Part shown: positions 28,790 through 38,464 of the stretch, piece by piece
Numbering within the stretch: position 1 is the stretch's first letter
Layout of the letters: each line of letters starts with the position of its first letter
Source of the DNA: Gemmatimonadota bacterium
GTDB taxonomy: Bacteria; Latescibacterota; UBA2968; UBA8231
Length of the DNA stretch: 43,086 nucleotides
Assembly (NCBI GenBank): GCA_038153405.1
Contig: JAYOYH010000041.1
Location: 1-43,086 of the forward strand
Direction of reading: 5' to 3'
Made by a program: the position numbers and the translations under genes
The notes under the pieces: generated by a model
Database searches by the model: none
What the model was told of the DNA's origin: nothing
The model's input: only the letters and a program-made list of their open reading frames with translations

Positions 28790-29815
28790 TTAGTTGGCGT
28801 AATTGTACGTCACTCCCAAAGCGGATATGCGCCGTGCCTCTTCTCTGTCGGTGCGTTGAATATAACTAGTGAGCACATGCAGTTCTACTCCCGGCATAAA
28901 CTGGTGGAACCAACCAACCGACCCGCCCGAACCGTGCAGATAGGGCTGTTCTTCGGCCGAAGAGTGTCCGAGGGCTAGCGCCCAACGATTGACGCCGTGC
29001 TTATAGGTGAGGGTTAGCGCGTAGTGCAGCTGCAATGGGTCTGCGGCATTACTCGCTTCGCGCTCGTACGCAACGCGCTCTAGCGAGGCGCCTAAGGTTA
29101 GGGGCTCAGAAAGCAGCCACTGGCTCCATACGCGCACCGCGCTGCCGGCGCGAAGGCTTTTAGCAGTTGGATGGCTGCTGCTCATGCGCAGGAACTGCAG
29201 GCCGAGGTCCACAGGCCCAACGCGCTTCTTTGCACCGATATTCATGTCGTGCGCATTGGCATTGCTATCGTCGACGACAACAGCCGCAGAGATGTTCAGC
29301 GAACCCCACAACTGGGCGCTGTTCCACTGAATTAAGTTTTTGGTGAAGCCCCACGTGAGGTCTGAAAAGCCGACCGACGGGCCGTCAAAACCGCGCGCTG
29401 AAGCCGAAGTGTCCCAGAACGGGTCGAGCGCCATGCCCGTAGCTTTGTACGGCGTAGAACCAACTCCGATCGAAATATCGCCCCAGAAGCCTTTCGCGCC
29501 AACTTGGTAGATGATTGTGCTGAGTGCACCGCGGCCAAAGATTTCGTCGTTATGAGCGCGCAGTATATACTTGAAGTAGGCCGTCTTATCTTCGTGCGCA
29601 CGCGAACCGCGCAGGCCTAGGATTGATGCATTATTGCGAAAGCTGATGCCATCATGGTCATTCTGCTCTTCACAGTAGGCAGCACCACAGCGCGGATCGT
29701 CTATGATGTTGAGCGATCCCCTAAAGTTTCCGAATAGAACGAGGGATTGTTCGTCTGCCTGAGCATGGCTGGCTACGAGCAACGCGGTCATAATGAGGAT
29801 ACGCAGGTAGGTCAT
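28790..29815 (-). CDS. Outer-membrane porin (Gram-negative porin family)
   Basis: Signal peptide ending AQA, first strand LVLFG, NNASILGLRGS (N.SR.G..G-type motif), amphipathic strands, C-terminal LGVTYNY. Confidence 0.7.
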   Translation of the reverse strand: MTYLRILIMTALLVASHAQADEQSLVLFGNFRGSLNIIDDPRCGAAYCEEQNDHDGISFRNNASILGLRGSRAHEDKTAYFKYILRAHNDEIFGRGALSTIIYQVGAKGFWGDISIGVGSTPYKATGMALDPFWDTSASARGFDGPSVGFSDLTWGFTKNLIQWNSAQLWGSLNISAAVVVDDSNANAHDMNIGAKKRVGPVDLGLQFLRMSSSHPTAKSLRAGSAVRVWSQWLLSEPLTLGASLERVAYEREASNAADPLQLHYALTLTYKHGVNRWALALGHSSAEEQPYLHGSGGSVGWFHQFMPGVELHVLTSYIQRTDREEARRISALGVTYNYAN

Positions 29816-29997
29816 CGTATTTTTCCTTTGGTATTAAGCATCAGGGATAACCCATTATGAGCCTATTTCAGTAGCGCTAGCGCGCTCTTTTATGATCTGA
29901 GTAAAATCTGGGTTGGAGGCGATGGTTGTATTTTTGAATGGTGACTCTTAGACAACAGTAGTAAAAAGGATCGTTGTAGGCCAATTGAAAATAGCGG

Positions 29998-30651
29998 TTA
30001 TTGCCGTTGTCTAGTCAGTTCTTTAAGGGGCAGTGAGCCGGTAGCGATGCGCTGCAGCGTCTCGGCGTAGATGCGGTGTTCGACGGCCAAAACGCGTGCC
30101 TGCAGCGCTTCGGTTGAGTCGCCGGTGCACACGGCTACGCGCTGCTGAGCCAGAATGGTCCCCTGATCGTATTCATCGTCAATTAGGTGCACTGTGGCAC
30201 CGCTCTCCGCTTCGCCGGCGGCTAGCACCGCCTCGTGCACGCGGTTTCCGTACATGCCGTGCCCGCCGAATTTGGGCAGCAGCGACGGGTGGATATTGAG
30301 GATGCGACCGCGGTAGTTTGCCAGTGTCTGCGCGCCCAATTTTTTCATGTATCCCGTCAGGCATACGACCTCTACAGCGTGGTGTTCGAGAACGCTGACT
30401 ATGGCTGCGTCGAGTTCAACTGGGTCGGGATGCGTGGCGCTGCTTAGGTGGTAGAACGGAACACCGGCGCGCTCTGCGCGACTGCGCACGCCGGCGCGCG
30501 AATTGTTGCTGATGAGCACGCGCGCTTCGCCGTATAGCACTCCCCGCCGGCAGGCGTCGAAAATAGCCTGGGCGTTTGAACCGCTGTGCGAGGCTAAAAA
30601 GCCCAAGCGCAGGGGGGATATGCTAGGGCCTGCGACGGGCTGTGGGGTCAT
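29998..30651 (-). CDS. purN: Phosphoribosylglycinamide formyltransferase
   Basis: LASHSGSNAQA, LTGYMK, LNIHPSLLPKFGG.GMYG..VH, SGATVH..D..YD.G, VLAVEH. Confidence 0.93.
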   Translation of the reverse strand: MTPQPVAGPSISPLRLGFLASHSGSNAQAIFDACRRGVLYGEARVLISNNSRAGVRSRAERAGVPFYHLSSATHPDPVELDAAIVSVLEHHAVEVVCLTGYMKKLGAQTLANYRGRILNIHPSLLPKFGGHGMYGNRVHEAVLAAGEAESGATVHLIDDEYDQGTILAQQRVAVCTGDSTEALQARVLAVEHRIYAETLQRIATGSLPLKELTRQRQ

Positions 30652-30699
30652 TGGGGATATGGACAGGGTTGGCGGGAGAGGTCAAGGCAGCCATTCTGT

Positions 30700-31230
30700 T
30701 CAAAAGTCGAACTGCTCTATGTTGTCGCGGTTAAAGTGCATGGGCGCGCCCAGTAGGACTTCGTCACCGTGCACGCGCACATCGCCTAATCGCCCGGCGC
30801 CTAGCGGTTCGCCTAGCGCGCCGCCGCGCACGGCCGCCGCTGCACCGGGAAAGGCGACCGAGGTGATGCCCCACAGTCCGCGTATATTGGGATGGGCCTT
30901 GAGCAGGTCCTGCGCAACTTGGTAGGCCAACTGCTGGTCTTCCTCGGATGGGCGCACGGCGACGATATTGAGTCCGGGCGCCGCTGCCGCTAAGTGCTTG
31001 TCCATCCACTCCATCCAGATGTTTTGGTTGGCCGCCGTCAGCGATCCCGTGACGATGGCTACATCGCCTTCGCCGCCTATTTGTTCGGCCATAATATCCA
31101 CGAGGCCGCTGCCAATATCCTCGTAGGTGGCCTGGTTGACAAAGTAGTGGCGGCTTTCCTCGGCCGAGTCGGCGTCCCATGTCAATACGGTTATGCCCTG
31201 CTGCATTCCTCGCTTGAGCGTGGGCGCCAT
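30700..31230 (-). pseudogene. Truncated sugar ABC transporter substrate-binding protein (RhaS/LsrB-like)
   Basis: VLTWDADS, FVNQAT, SLTAANQNIW and C-terminal AGRLG...LLGAP..FNRDNIEQFDF match the family. Signal peptide and N-terminal region are absent, an internal segment appears deleted, and no ABC partners are nearby. Confidence 0.7.
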
Positions 31231-31456
31231 GCGCTGCGCCGGTAGAAAAGTAAAGGGGTGGGAAGCTATCGCGCCGCGCCGACCGTCGAGTGGGCATCCA
31301 TGCACGCATGATCGACTGTTAATGATGCACAGTAAAGTATGGAAAAGCGCCCTTGCCAACCACCGGCGATACGAACTGCGTTGGGTTGATTCGCCTGCAG
31401 ATTGCGCGCGCAGTCGCCCATTGTTACTCCACCTGCTATATTGCCTACTGTAGACT

Positions 31457-32680
31457 ATGAAAAGGAGCACTTTTGTGACGAATTACGACGAAGCACAGGT
31501 GCCGGAGTACCAGCTGCCGGATCCGTTGGTCTGTTCGGACGGCACGCCTATCTGCGATGCGCAGATCTGGAGGTCAAAGCGGCGCGGCGAACTGCTCGGG
31601 TTGTTTGCCGAACACGTATACGGCTCTACGCCCAGCGCTCAGCCGGCCATGCGCGTAGACGTCTTCGAAGAAGGCGCGGCGCTCGGCGGAAAAGCCCTGC
31701 GGCGCCAAATCGCCCTTCGCTTCGGCACCGACGGGCCTCAAATGGATCTTCTCGTCTTTTTGCCCGCCGGCCAGCGCGCACCCGTGCCGCTCTTTTTAGG
31801 GCTCAATTTCTGTGGCAACCACAGCGTGCACGCCGATCCGGCCATTCGCCTTTCGACCCATTGGATGCGCGAAACGGGACCGGGGGTAGTAGACCACCGG
31901 GCAACCGAAGCGGCACGCGGTGTGCTCAGCTCGCGCTGGGCCCTAGATGCGATTCTCTCGCGAGGCTATGGCCTGGCCACGGCTTATTGCGGCGACCTTG
32001 ATCCGGACTACGACGACGGCTATGCCAACGGCATTCATCCACTATTCTACGATGAGGGTCAGACGCAGCCAAGGGACAACGAATGGGGCGCTATAGGTGC
32101 TTGGGCTTGGGGCCTTAGTCGCGCACTCGACTATTGCCAGCTCGACGAGCAGATCGACGCTCGGCGCGTGGCCGTTATGGGCCATTCGCGCTTGGGTAAG
32201 ACCGCGCTATGGGCTGGGGCACTTGACGAGCGCTTTGCGCTGGTCATTTCCAATGAATCGGGGTGCGGCGGTGCGGCGCTGTCGCGGCGCTGCTACGGAG
32301 AAACCGTCGAGCGCATCAACGGAGCGTTTCCCCACTGGTTTTGCCATAATTTTCGTCGATACAGCGGTCGGGAAGAGGCACTGCCCGTCGATCAGCACAT
32401 GCTCATCGCCCTAGCTGCGCCGCGTCCCGTATACGTGGCGAGTGCCGTCGAAGATCGCTGGTCAGATCCCCGCGGCGAGTTTCTCGGTGCTCTGCACGCC
32501 GATCCGGTGTATCGCCTGCTGTGCGACGATGGTTTGCCTACCAATGCCATGCCGGCACTCAATGCAGCGAGCATGGGGCGCATTGGTTACCACATACGCT
32601 CTGGTGGACACGATGTGACCGAGCTCGACTGGCGCTACTTTCTAGACTTTGCCGACCGACATTTTCAAGGGTTGGTGTAG
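31457..32680 (+). CDS. CE15-like esterase (glucuronoyl/acetylxylan esterase family)
   Basis: [82 protein letters not shown]. Confidence 0.88.
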   Translation: MKRSTFVTNYDEAQVPEYQLPDPLVCSDGTPICDAQIWRSKRRGELLGLFAEHVYGSTPSAQPAMRVDVFEEGAALGGKALRRQIALRFGTDGPQMDLLVFLPAGQRAPVPLFLGLNFCGNHSVHADPAIRLSTHWMRETGPGVVDHRATEAARGVLSSRWALDAILSRGYGLATAYCGDLDPDYDDGYANGIHPLFYDEGQTQPRDNEWGAIGAWAWGLSRALDYCQLDEQIDARRVAVMGHSRLGKTALWAGALDERFALVISNESGCGGAALSRRCYGETVERINGAFPHWFCHNFRRYSGREEALPVDQHMLIALAAPRPVYVASAVEDRWSDPRGEFLGALHADPVYRLLCDDGLPTNAMPALNAASMGRIGYHIRSGGHDVTELDWRYFLDFADRHFQGLV

Positions 32681-32805
32681 GATCGATTATGTATCTACAT
32701 TACGCAGTGCTGTAAAAAGAGACATTGTGTTGCTTTGTGCCGAACACAGGTGAAGTTGCTCAACGGTCTATACTTAACTAAAAATGGATAATGCTTTGAA
32801 CGCTA

Positions 32806-33588
32806 ATGGATAACTTGGAAGAAAACAATTTCTCAAAGGGCGAAGTGGATGTTCATGCCCTTTTCGAGCGGATTGCGCATTCCATGCGGGCGTATACTGC
32901 TGGCCATTTAGGGAACAGCGTGATGCACGAACTCAGCCAGCCGCTGACGGGCATACTCGGCATGGCAGAGTATCTGCAGTTATACGGCGAATCGGGGAAG
33001 GATATTCCCCGTGACCAGCTGATGGAGAATATCGGTGCAATCATCGCGCAGAGCCTCAGAATGGTAGAGATGATTCGATCACATCAGCGCTTTAGCCGCC
33101 CCGATATCCGCTCCGAGCCCGAGGATATCGAAGTGGGGCGCGTCGTGGCGAGCATCGTCGACATCTTGGGGGTTCAGTTTGGTTCGCGTGGTATTGGTTT
33201 GAACGTCGATATCAGTGCACCCGTAGCCAAGGTCTGCGCCGTGCCATCCTCGTTGCAAGAGGCCTTGTATAACCTGCTGTTCAATGCGCACGAGGCGATT
33301 GCAGCGCAGGGTAAAGAAGGTGGGAAGGTCGACATTGGGGTAGAGTCTTCTTCGGATGGGTTTGTGCTCCTATCCGTGCGCGATAGTGGAGAAGGCATTG
33401 ACAACGCCATACAGCAGCGCATTTTTGAGCCCTTTTTTACCACCCGCAATACTGCTCAGCACGCTGGGCTTGGTCTCAGTGCAGTGCACCATATCGCAAG
33501 GTGCTACGGCGGTCATGTCACCGTCTCATCAGAGCCGGGCCAAGGCGCCTGCTTTACCCTCTACCTGCCGCCCGCTTCCACAACGTAG
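32806..33588 (+). CDS. Cytoplasmic sensor-less histidine kinase (HisKA + HATPase_c)
   Basis: H-box HELSQPLTGI, N-box NLLFNA, DSGEGI, IFEPFFTT, GLGLS. Only about 35 aa precede the H-box. Confidence 0.85.
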   Translation: MDNLEENNFSKGEVDVHALFERIAHSMRAYTAGHLGNSVMHELSQPLTGILGMAEYLQLYGESGKDIPRDQLMENIGAIIAQSLRMVEMIRSHQRFSRPDIRSEPEDIEVGRVVASIVDILGVQFGSRGIGLNVDISAPVAKVCAVPSSLQEALYNLLFNAHEAIAAQGKEGGKVDIGVESSSDGFVLLSVRDSGEGIDNAIQQRIFEPFFTTRNTAQHAGLGLSAVHHIARCYGGHVTVSSEPGQGACFTLYLPPASTT

Positions 33589-33693
33589 CAATGCCGCGCA
33601 GTTCGTTTGTGGGACCACGGGTCCGCCAACCACGTGCACATGGCCTATTTTCGCGGCTCTTGCACGAGATGGCCATTCGCCGCTTTTTTTTCT

Positions 33694-34533
33694 ATGCGCA
33701 TAGCAATACTGTGTGATATTCACGGGAATATTCACGCTTTTGAGGCGGTGCTTGCGCGCGTTGCTCGCCAAACGCCCGACGCGCTTATTATCGCCGGCGA
33801 TATCGTCGTGGGATGCGCCGACTCCGATTTATGCTGGCAGCGCGCACTCGACTTGGATTGCGCGATTTTGCGCGGCAACCACGAGCGCTACCTCTGCGAA
33901 CTCGCACGCGGTCAAGCCGACCCGGTTTGGCAGGAAGACCAGTTTGCGCCGGCGCGCTGGAGCTGCGATCAGCTGGGTGTGGATGCGTGTTGCGGATTGG
34001 TCGATCTTCCCATGCAGATCCGACCGGCGGAGGACGTGCTCGTCGTGCATGCCTCGCAGCGCTCGGATCGCGATACGGTGCGCCCCTATATGGATGCCGA
34101 CGAGCTACAGCGCATGTTTTGCGACGCGCCGCCTCGGCTCGTCGTGCGCGGCCATAACCACTATGCGCAGATGCAGCTGTGGGCGGGTGGACGCATCGTC
34201 ACCGTCGGCTCGGTCGGACTGCCGATGGACGGCAATCCGACGGCGCAGTACGCGCTATTGGAACGCACGGCCGACGGTTGGGATGTCCATCACCAATCGG
34301 TTCCCTATGACCGCGATGCGGCCATTGCGCGCTTTTACGATACGGGGTATCTGGCAGAGTGCGGTCCGATTGCCGAGCTTTTTTTGCGTGAGCTGATGTC
34401 GGCATCGCAGCAGATTGTTCCCTTTCTCAACTGCTACGAGCGCTGGAAAAAAGAGAACCCTATTTCGCTCGATGCAGCGTTCGATCGCTACATGGGCAGA
34501 GCGCACAACGCGCAGTGGGAGCAGCACCTATGA
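33694..34533 (+). CDS. Calcineurin-like metallophosphoesterase
   Basis: DIHGN, GDIV, GNHE, VH, GHNH, GSVG. Confidence 0.9.
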   Translation: MRIAILCDIHGNIHAFEAVLARVARQTPDALIIAGDIVVGCADSDLCWQRALDLDCAILRGNHERYLCELARGQADPVWQEDQFAPARWSCDQLGVDACCGLVDLPMQIRPAEDVLVVHASQRSDRDTVRPYMDADELQRMFCDAPPRLVVRGHNHYAQMQLWAGGRIVTVGSVGLPMDGNPTAQYALLERTADGWDVHHQSVPYDRDAAIARFYDTGYLAECGPIAELFLRELMSASQQIVPFLNCYERWKKENPISLDAAFDRYMGRAHNAQWEQHL

Positions 34534-35444
34534 TCGAATACAATCCGCACGATCGCACGTTTGACTGCCCGCCGTCGCTGGGCGATGCACAGGTAGTAGA
34601 TTTTTGTCGCGATGGCTACTTGCTGCTGCGCGGCGTCGTGCCCGAGGAAACAAATCGCCGCACCATCGCTTGGCTCGCTGGCGAGTTGCCGGCGAATCCC
34701 ACCTCGGTGCCGGCGGGAATGAGTGCGCAAGACTTGCAGCGCATTCGCGCGACCCACGAGCCCAGTTCGATCTTTTTGGAAGAGTGGTTTCTGCGCGATG
34801 TGCTGCTCAACCAAGAGCTGGTCGGCGTAATGCGCTCGCTGCTGGGTGCGCACGTCGCACTGCCCGTGTTGGCCAGTCACCACGGCACGCAGTGCCCCCA
34901 GCCGGCGCAGGGATGGCACCACGATGCCGATCGGGTCTTTGGTCCCGAGTTGCACTTTGTCGAAGTGTTCTACTTTCCTCAGGATACCCCCGTTGAACTC
35001 GGCCCGACCGAGTTGGTGCCCGGCACGCACGTTCGCTACGCGTCGCGTCGCGCTGAAGATGAAGGCGTCTTTTCCGATGGCCCTGCCGGCACCCTGGGTA
35101 TTCATCACCAGAGCATTCTGCATCGACGCGGCGCGTCGAAGGCCAGCGGTATCCGCCATATGCTCAAGTACAACTACTGGCGGACGGCAGCTCCGCGACG
35201 CGACTGGATAGTAGAAGACGAATTTGATGTGCGCACCGCGGATTTCGGCGGGCACGAGCAGGCGCGCTATGCGGCACATATGTACTACTGGCTCTGTGGG
35301 CGCGCCGATGTATTTCGCACGCTCGGCGGTCAGGCATGGCCCTGGCGTTCACCCAATCAGATCGGTCCCTCGCCCGGTTTTGAGCCCGAAGAGGGGTATG
35401 TGCCCGACTGGTCCGGCACGCGTGCCGATGGCTATGCCCGCTAG
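34530..35444 (+). CDS. PhyH family Fe(II)/2OG dioxygenase
   Basis: ATGA overlap with the upstream gene. FCRDGYL, WHHD, GPTELVPGTH, ILHR. Confidence 0.82.
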   Translation: MIEYNPHDRTFDCPPSLGDAQVVDFCRDGYLLLRGVVPEETNRRTIAWLAGELPANPTSVPAGMSAQDLQRIRATHEPSSIFLEEWFLRDVLLNQELVGVMRSLLGAHVALPVLASHHGTQCPQPAQGWHHDADRVFGPELHFVEVFYFPQDTPVELGPTELVPGTHVRYASRRAEDEGVFSDGPAGTLGIHHQSILHRRGASKASGIRHMLKYNYWRTAAPRRDWIVEDEFDVRTADFGGHEQARYAAHMYYWLCGRADVFRTLGGQAWPWRSPNQIGPSPGFEPEEGYVPDWSGTRADGYAR

Positions 35445-35488
35445 GCATCGACCGTTTATTTATCAACCCTGTAATGCGGAGTTCCCCC

Positions 35489-36280
35489 ATGTCTTTTAAC
35501 GTCACTCAGCAGCAGATCGAGCAGTTTCGTGCAGACGGCTTTCTCCTCGTCGAGGCGTTGTACAATACCGAGGAAATGGATCTCTTACTGCAGATCGGCA
35601 AAACCGATACGGAGAAGAGCGAGATGGTGCACGCGCCGCGCGATGCGCAGGGACGCGAGAGCAAACTCTGGCTGACTTCCGATACGGAGCGCAGCGATAT
35701 TTACAACGCGATCTGCCACGGTCACCGCATGGTCGACGCGATGGAAGCTCTGATGGGCGACGAAGTGTATCTGTATCACTATAAGATGATGGTGAAGGAG
35801 CCGCGCATCGGCGGTGCTTGGGAGTGGCATCAGGATTACGGCTATTGGTACAACAACGGCGCGCTCTACCCCGATATGGCATCCTGCATGATCGCCGTTG
35901 ATCTCGCCCACAGGGGAAACGGCTGTCTGCAGGTCCTCAGGGGATCGCACAAGATTGGCCGGATTGAACACGGACGCTACGGCACGCAAACGGGTGCTCA
36001 TCCCGAACGCGTAGCGCTGGCCGAGCAGCATCTCGAACGGGTTTACTGCGAGATGCAACCGGGTGCGGCGCTGTTTTTTCACGCCAACTTACTGCATTGC
36101 TCCGACGCTAACGAGAGCGGGGATCCGCGCTGGTCGCTCATTTGCTGTTACAACACGCGCCACAATCCCTGCGAAGACAGGCCGGGGCATCCAAGCTATC
36201 GCCCGCTGGAAAAGTGGGATGATGCGCGCGTGGTGGAGTTGGGACGCCAACAGTATCAGGCTATGCAGTCCCATGTGTGA
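35489..36280 (+). CDS. PhyH family Fe(II)/2OG dioxygenase (ectoine/proline hydroxylase-like)
   Basis: FRADGFL, KEPRIGGAWEWHQDYGYWY, NGCLQVLRGSH, FFHANLLHCSDAN.S..PR. Confidence 0.9.
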   Translation: MSFNVTQQQIEQFRADGFLLVEALYNTEEMDLLLQIGKTDTEKSEMVHAPRDAQGRESKLWLTSDTERSDIYNAICHGHRMVDAMEALMGDEVYLYHYKMMVKEPRIGGAWEWHQDYGYWYNNGALYPDMASCMIAVDLAHRGNGCLQVLRGSHKIGRIEHGRYGTQTGAHPERVALAEQHLERVYCEMQPGAALFFHANLLHCSDANESGDPRWSLICCYNTRHNPCEDRPGHPSYRPLEKWDDARVVELGRQQYQAMQSHV

Positions 36281-36441
36281 GGCCGAGGCCATCGTGCCGG
36301 AGGCGGAGGAGCACAGGAGCATCCGCTTGGACAATGGTCAAGTAAATGGCATCACTCCAACGCTGTATCCCCGACGGCTGCCCTCCCGCATGCGGCGGTG
36401 TGGCCCGACCCTCGACGGCGAACAGTAGAAGGCCCATCGAC

Positions 36442-36966
36442 ATGGATCCGACCGACCTGCCCCCGACGTTACACACCGACCTCGCGCCGATTCCCGATTC
36501 GGTCTTTGTCGCACCCGGCGCCCGCGTTATCGGCGATGTGCGCCTAGGACCGGAGTGCTCAATTTGGTACAACGCCGTCGTGCGCGGCGATATCAACTAC
36601 GTTGAGGTTGGTGCGCGCAGCAATATTCAGGACGGCTGTATTGTGCACGTGACCAATGCCCAGCCCTGCGTTATCGGAGCCGATGTAACGGCCGGACACG
36701 GCGCTAATCTGCATGCATGCAGCGTGGAGGAAGGGTGCCTAATTGGCATCGGTGCCATCGTACTTTCCGGCGCCCACATCGGTCGCGGCAGCATCGTCGG
36801 CGCCGGAGCCGTCGTACGCGAGGGCGAAGTCGTCGAACCGTTTAGCCTCGTCGTCGGCGTGCCGGCTCGGCGTATTCGCACCTTGCCCGAGTCGACCTAC
36901 GATACCCACTGTCGGTGGGCGCAGAAGTATGCGGGGCTGGCGCGAGCCCACCGACGGCCGACGTGA
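36442..36966 (+). CDS. Gamma carbonic anhydrase family protein (YrdA/PaaY/CaiE-like)
   Basis: VIGDV, SIWYNAVVRGD, NIQDGCIVH, GHGANLH (three His ligands), hexapeptide repeats. Confidence 0.9.
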   Translation: MDPTDLPPTLHTDLAPIPDSVFVAPGARVIGDVRLGPECSIWYNAVVRGDINYVEVGARSNIQDGCIVHVTNAQPCVIGADVTAGHGANLHACSVEEGCLIGIGAIVLSGAHIGRGSIVGAGAVVREGEVVEPFSLVVGVPARRIRTLPESTYDTHCRWAQKYAGLARAHRRPT

Positions 36967-37409
36967 AGACCTATGACTTTTCCCGCGCTGTCGGTTCCCT
37001 TCAGCGCATCTTTTTTGCCCTTTGGGGTGTGGTGCAATTGGTTGCCAGTTCGATCGCCTTTCAGCGCGTAGACTTTGCCTACGGTCTCGGTGTGCTGTTG
37101 TTCGGCATCATTGCCTTCAGTGCAGCCGTCGTCGTCGTGCACCGCTTTAACCGCCATCGGATTTCCATTGGCGACGTGGGCCTCGTCATCGAAGAAGGGC
37201 CCACCCGTGCACGCGCCGTGCCCTGGGATCATATTGACGAGATTGAGCGCAGTGGGCCGCGCGTCGAAGCGCGCTTGAAGAACGGTGCGCATGTGCTCTT
37301 GTCGCCTCTGGCGCTGGACGGCGAGCAAGGCGCAGATCGGCTCGATGCGCTGTGGGTAGACATACGCTCATATGCGGCGGCAAAACGCGTGTCGATTAGC
37401 GAAGGTTGA
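36963..37409 (+). CDS. Hypothetical membrane protein (two TM helices + bacterial PH-like domain)
   Basis: GTGA overlap with the upstream stop. Two hydrophobic helices, then ISIGDVGLVI...VPWDHIDEI, a PH-like pattern. Confidence 0.6.
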   Translation: MKTYDFSRAVGSLQRIFFALWGVVQLVASSIAFQRVDFAYGLGVLLFGIIAFSAAVVVVHRFNRHRISIGDVGLVIEEGPTRARAVPWDHIDEIERSGPRVEARLKNGAHVLLSPLALDGEQGADRLDALWVDIRSYAAAKRVSISEG

Positions 37410-37469
37410 CCGGCCCTAGTGTGGAAGATATCGGCGCGATGGGGATATGGCCGTGCGGTTGCCCCCTGT

Positions 37470-37498
37470 TTGCCGCCGTCATTGGAGCGCCGTAGTAT
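37470..37498 (+). promoter_or_regulatory. Putative sigma70 promoter for the ThuA-like gene
   Basis: TTGCCG-N17-TAGTAT, about 45 nt upstream of ATG 37544. Confidence 0.35.
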
Positions 37499-37543
37499 TA
37501 CGCAGCAACAGACGGCTGTGTGGCTATCAAAGAGGAGGGGCAT

Positions 37544-38308
37544 ATGACGGACGCACCGCAGGCTAGCGCATTCGCTCTGATTGGCGATCGCTATCACAAT
37601 TCCGACTATATTCGCACCGCGTTGACCAGGACGCTGGTCGAGGGGATCGGCCTGTCCATCGATTTTTGCGATGACGTAAAACAGCTCAACGCAAGCACGC
37701 TGTCGCGCTACGCGATGCTCATTACTTTCCGCGACGGCATGCAGTGGCCCGATGGGTATGGCGCGGGAGCACAATATCCCGGATACGACGGCAGTGACTT
37801 GCAATCCCATCCGCCCGTCGAGCCTACGCCGGCGCGCATCGTCTACTGGATGTCAGATGAACAAGGCCTCGCCGTGCGCGCGTTTGTAGAGGCGGGGGGG
37901 GCGGCGCTCTTGTACCACAACTCGACCTATATCGCGCCCAACTGCCCCGACTTTCGCCACGTGCTGGGTGCGGCAACGGAGGGCCATCCCCCCGTGCGGC
38001 CCTATCGCGTCGAAATCGCCCATGGCGATCATCCGATCACGCGGGGCGTGCGCGATTTTGTCGTCACGGACGAACAGCACTACATGGTCTACGATAAAGA
38101 CCCCGAGTGCGTTCTGGCGCACAGTGTCAACGACGACGGCCACACTTTCAATGCGTTGGGAGCGCGCTGTCAGGCCGCTTGGGCCTACGACTACGGCAAA
38201 GGGCGGGTGTGCTACCTCGCACCGGGCCATACGATCGAAGCACTGTGGAATTCCGAATATGTGAAAATGCAGCAAAACGCCGCGCGCTGGGTGCAGCGTC
38301 AGGTGTAG
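37544..38308 (+). CDS. ThuA-like (class I glutamine amidotransferase-like) domain protein
   Basis: GAGGAGG RBS. GDRYH, FVEAGG...YH, HPP, HPITRGV.DF...DEQH, YGKGRVCYLAPGH. Confidence 0.85.
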   Translation: MTDAPQASAFALIGDRYHNSDYIRTALTRTLVEGIGLSIDFCDDVKQLNASTLSRYAMLITFRDGMQWPDGYGAGAQYPGYDGSDLQSHPPVEPTPARIVYWMSDEQGLAVRAFVEAGGAALLYHNSTYIAPNCPDFRHVLGAATEGHPPVRPYRVEIAHGDHPITRGVRDFVVTDEQHYMVYDKDPECVLAHSVNDDGHTFNALGARCQAAWAYDYGKGRVCYLAPGHTIEALWNSEYVKMQQNAARWVQRQV

Positions 38309-38464
38309 TGGTCTGCGGATGAATTGCAAGCCGTGCGCAGGCCACGGGCAGCGCATATCGGCCGCTCAGAGGAGTCGCAGCACCCTCCACCTTTCTATAT
38401 GCTTGCAGTTGGGTTATTTTTGACGGGAATACATTCGATATCTGTACGTCATGCTGCAGACGAT

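Noticed and set aside
26546..31456. Mobile element or integrative island with defined ends
   Set aside because: No transposase, integrase, tRNA target or terminal/direct repeats were found; only a compositional shift is visible.
36273..36428. 51-aa small ORF between the PhyH and gamma-CA genes
   Set aside because: No recognisable motif or clear RBS, so it cannot be supported from sequence alone.
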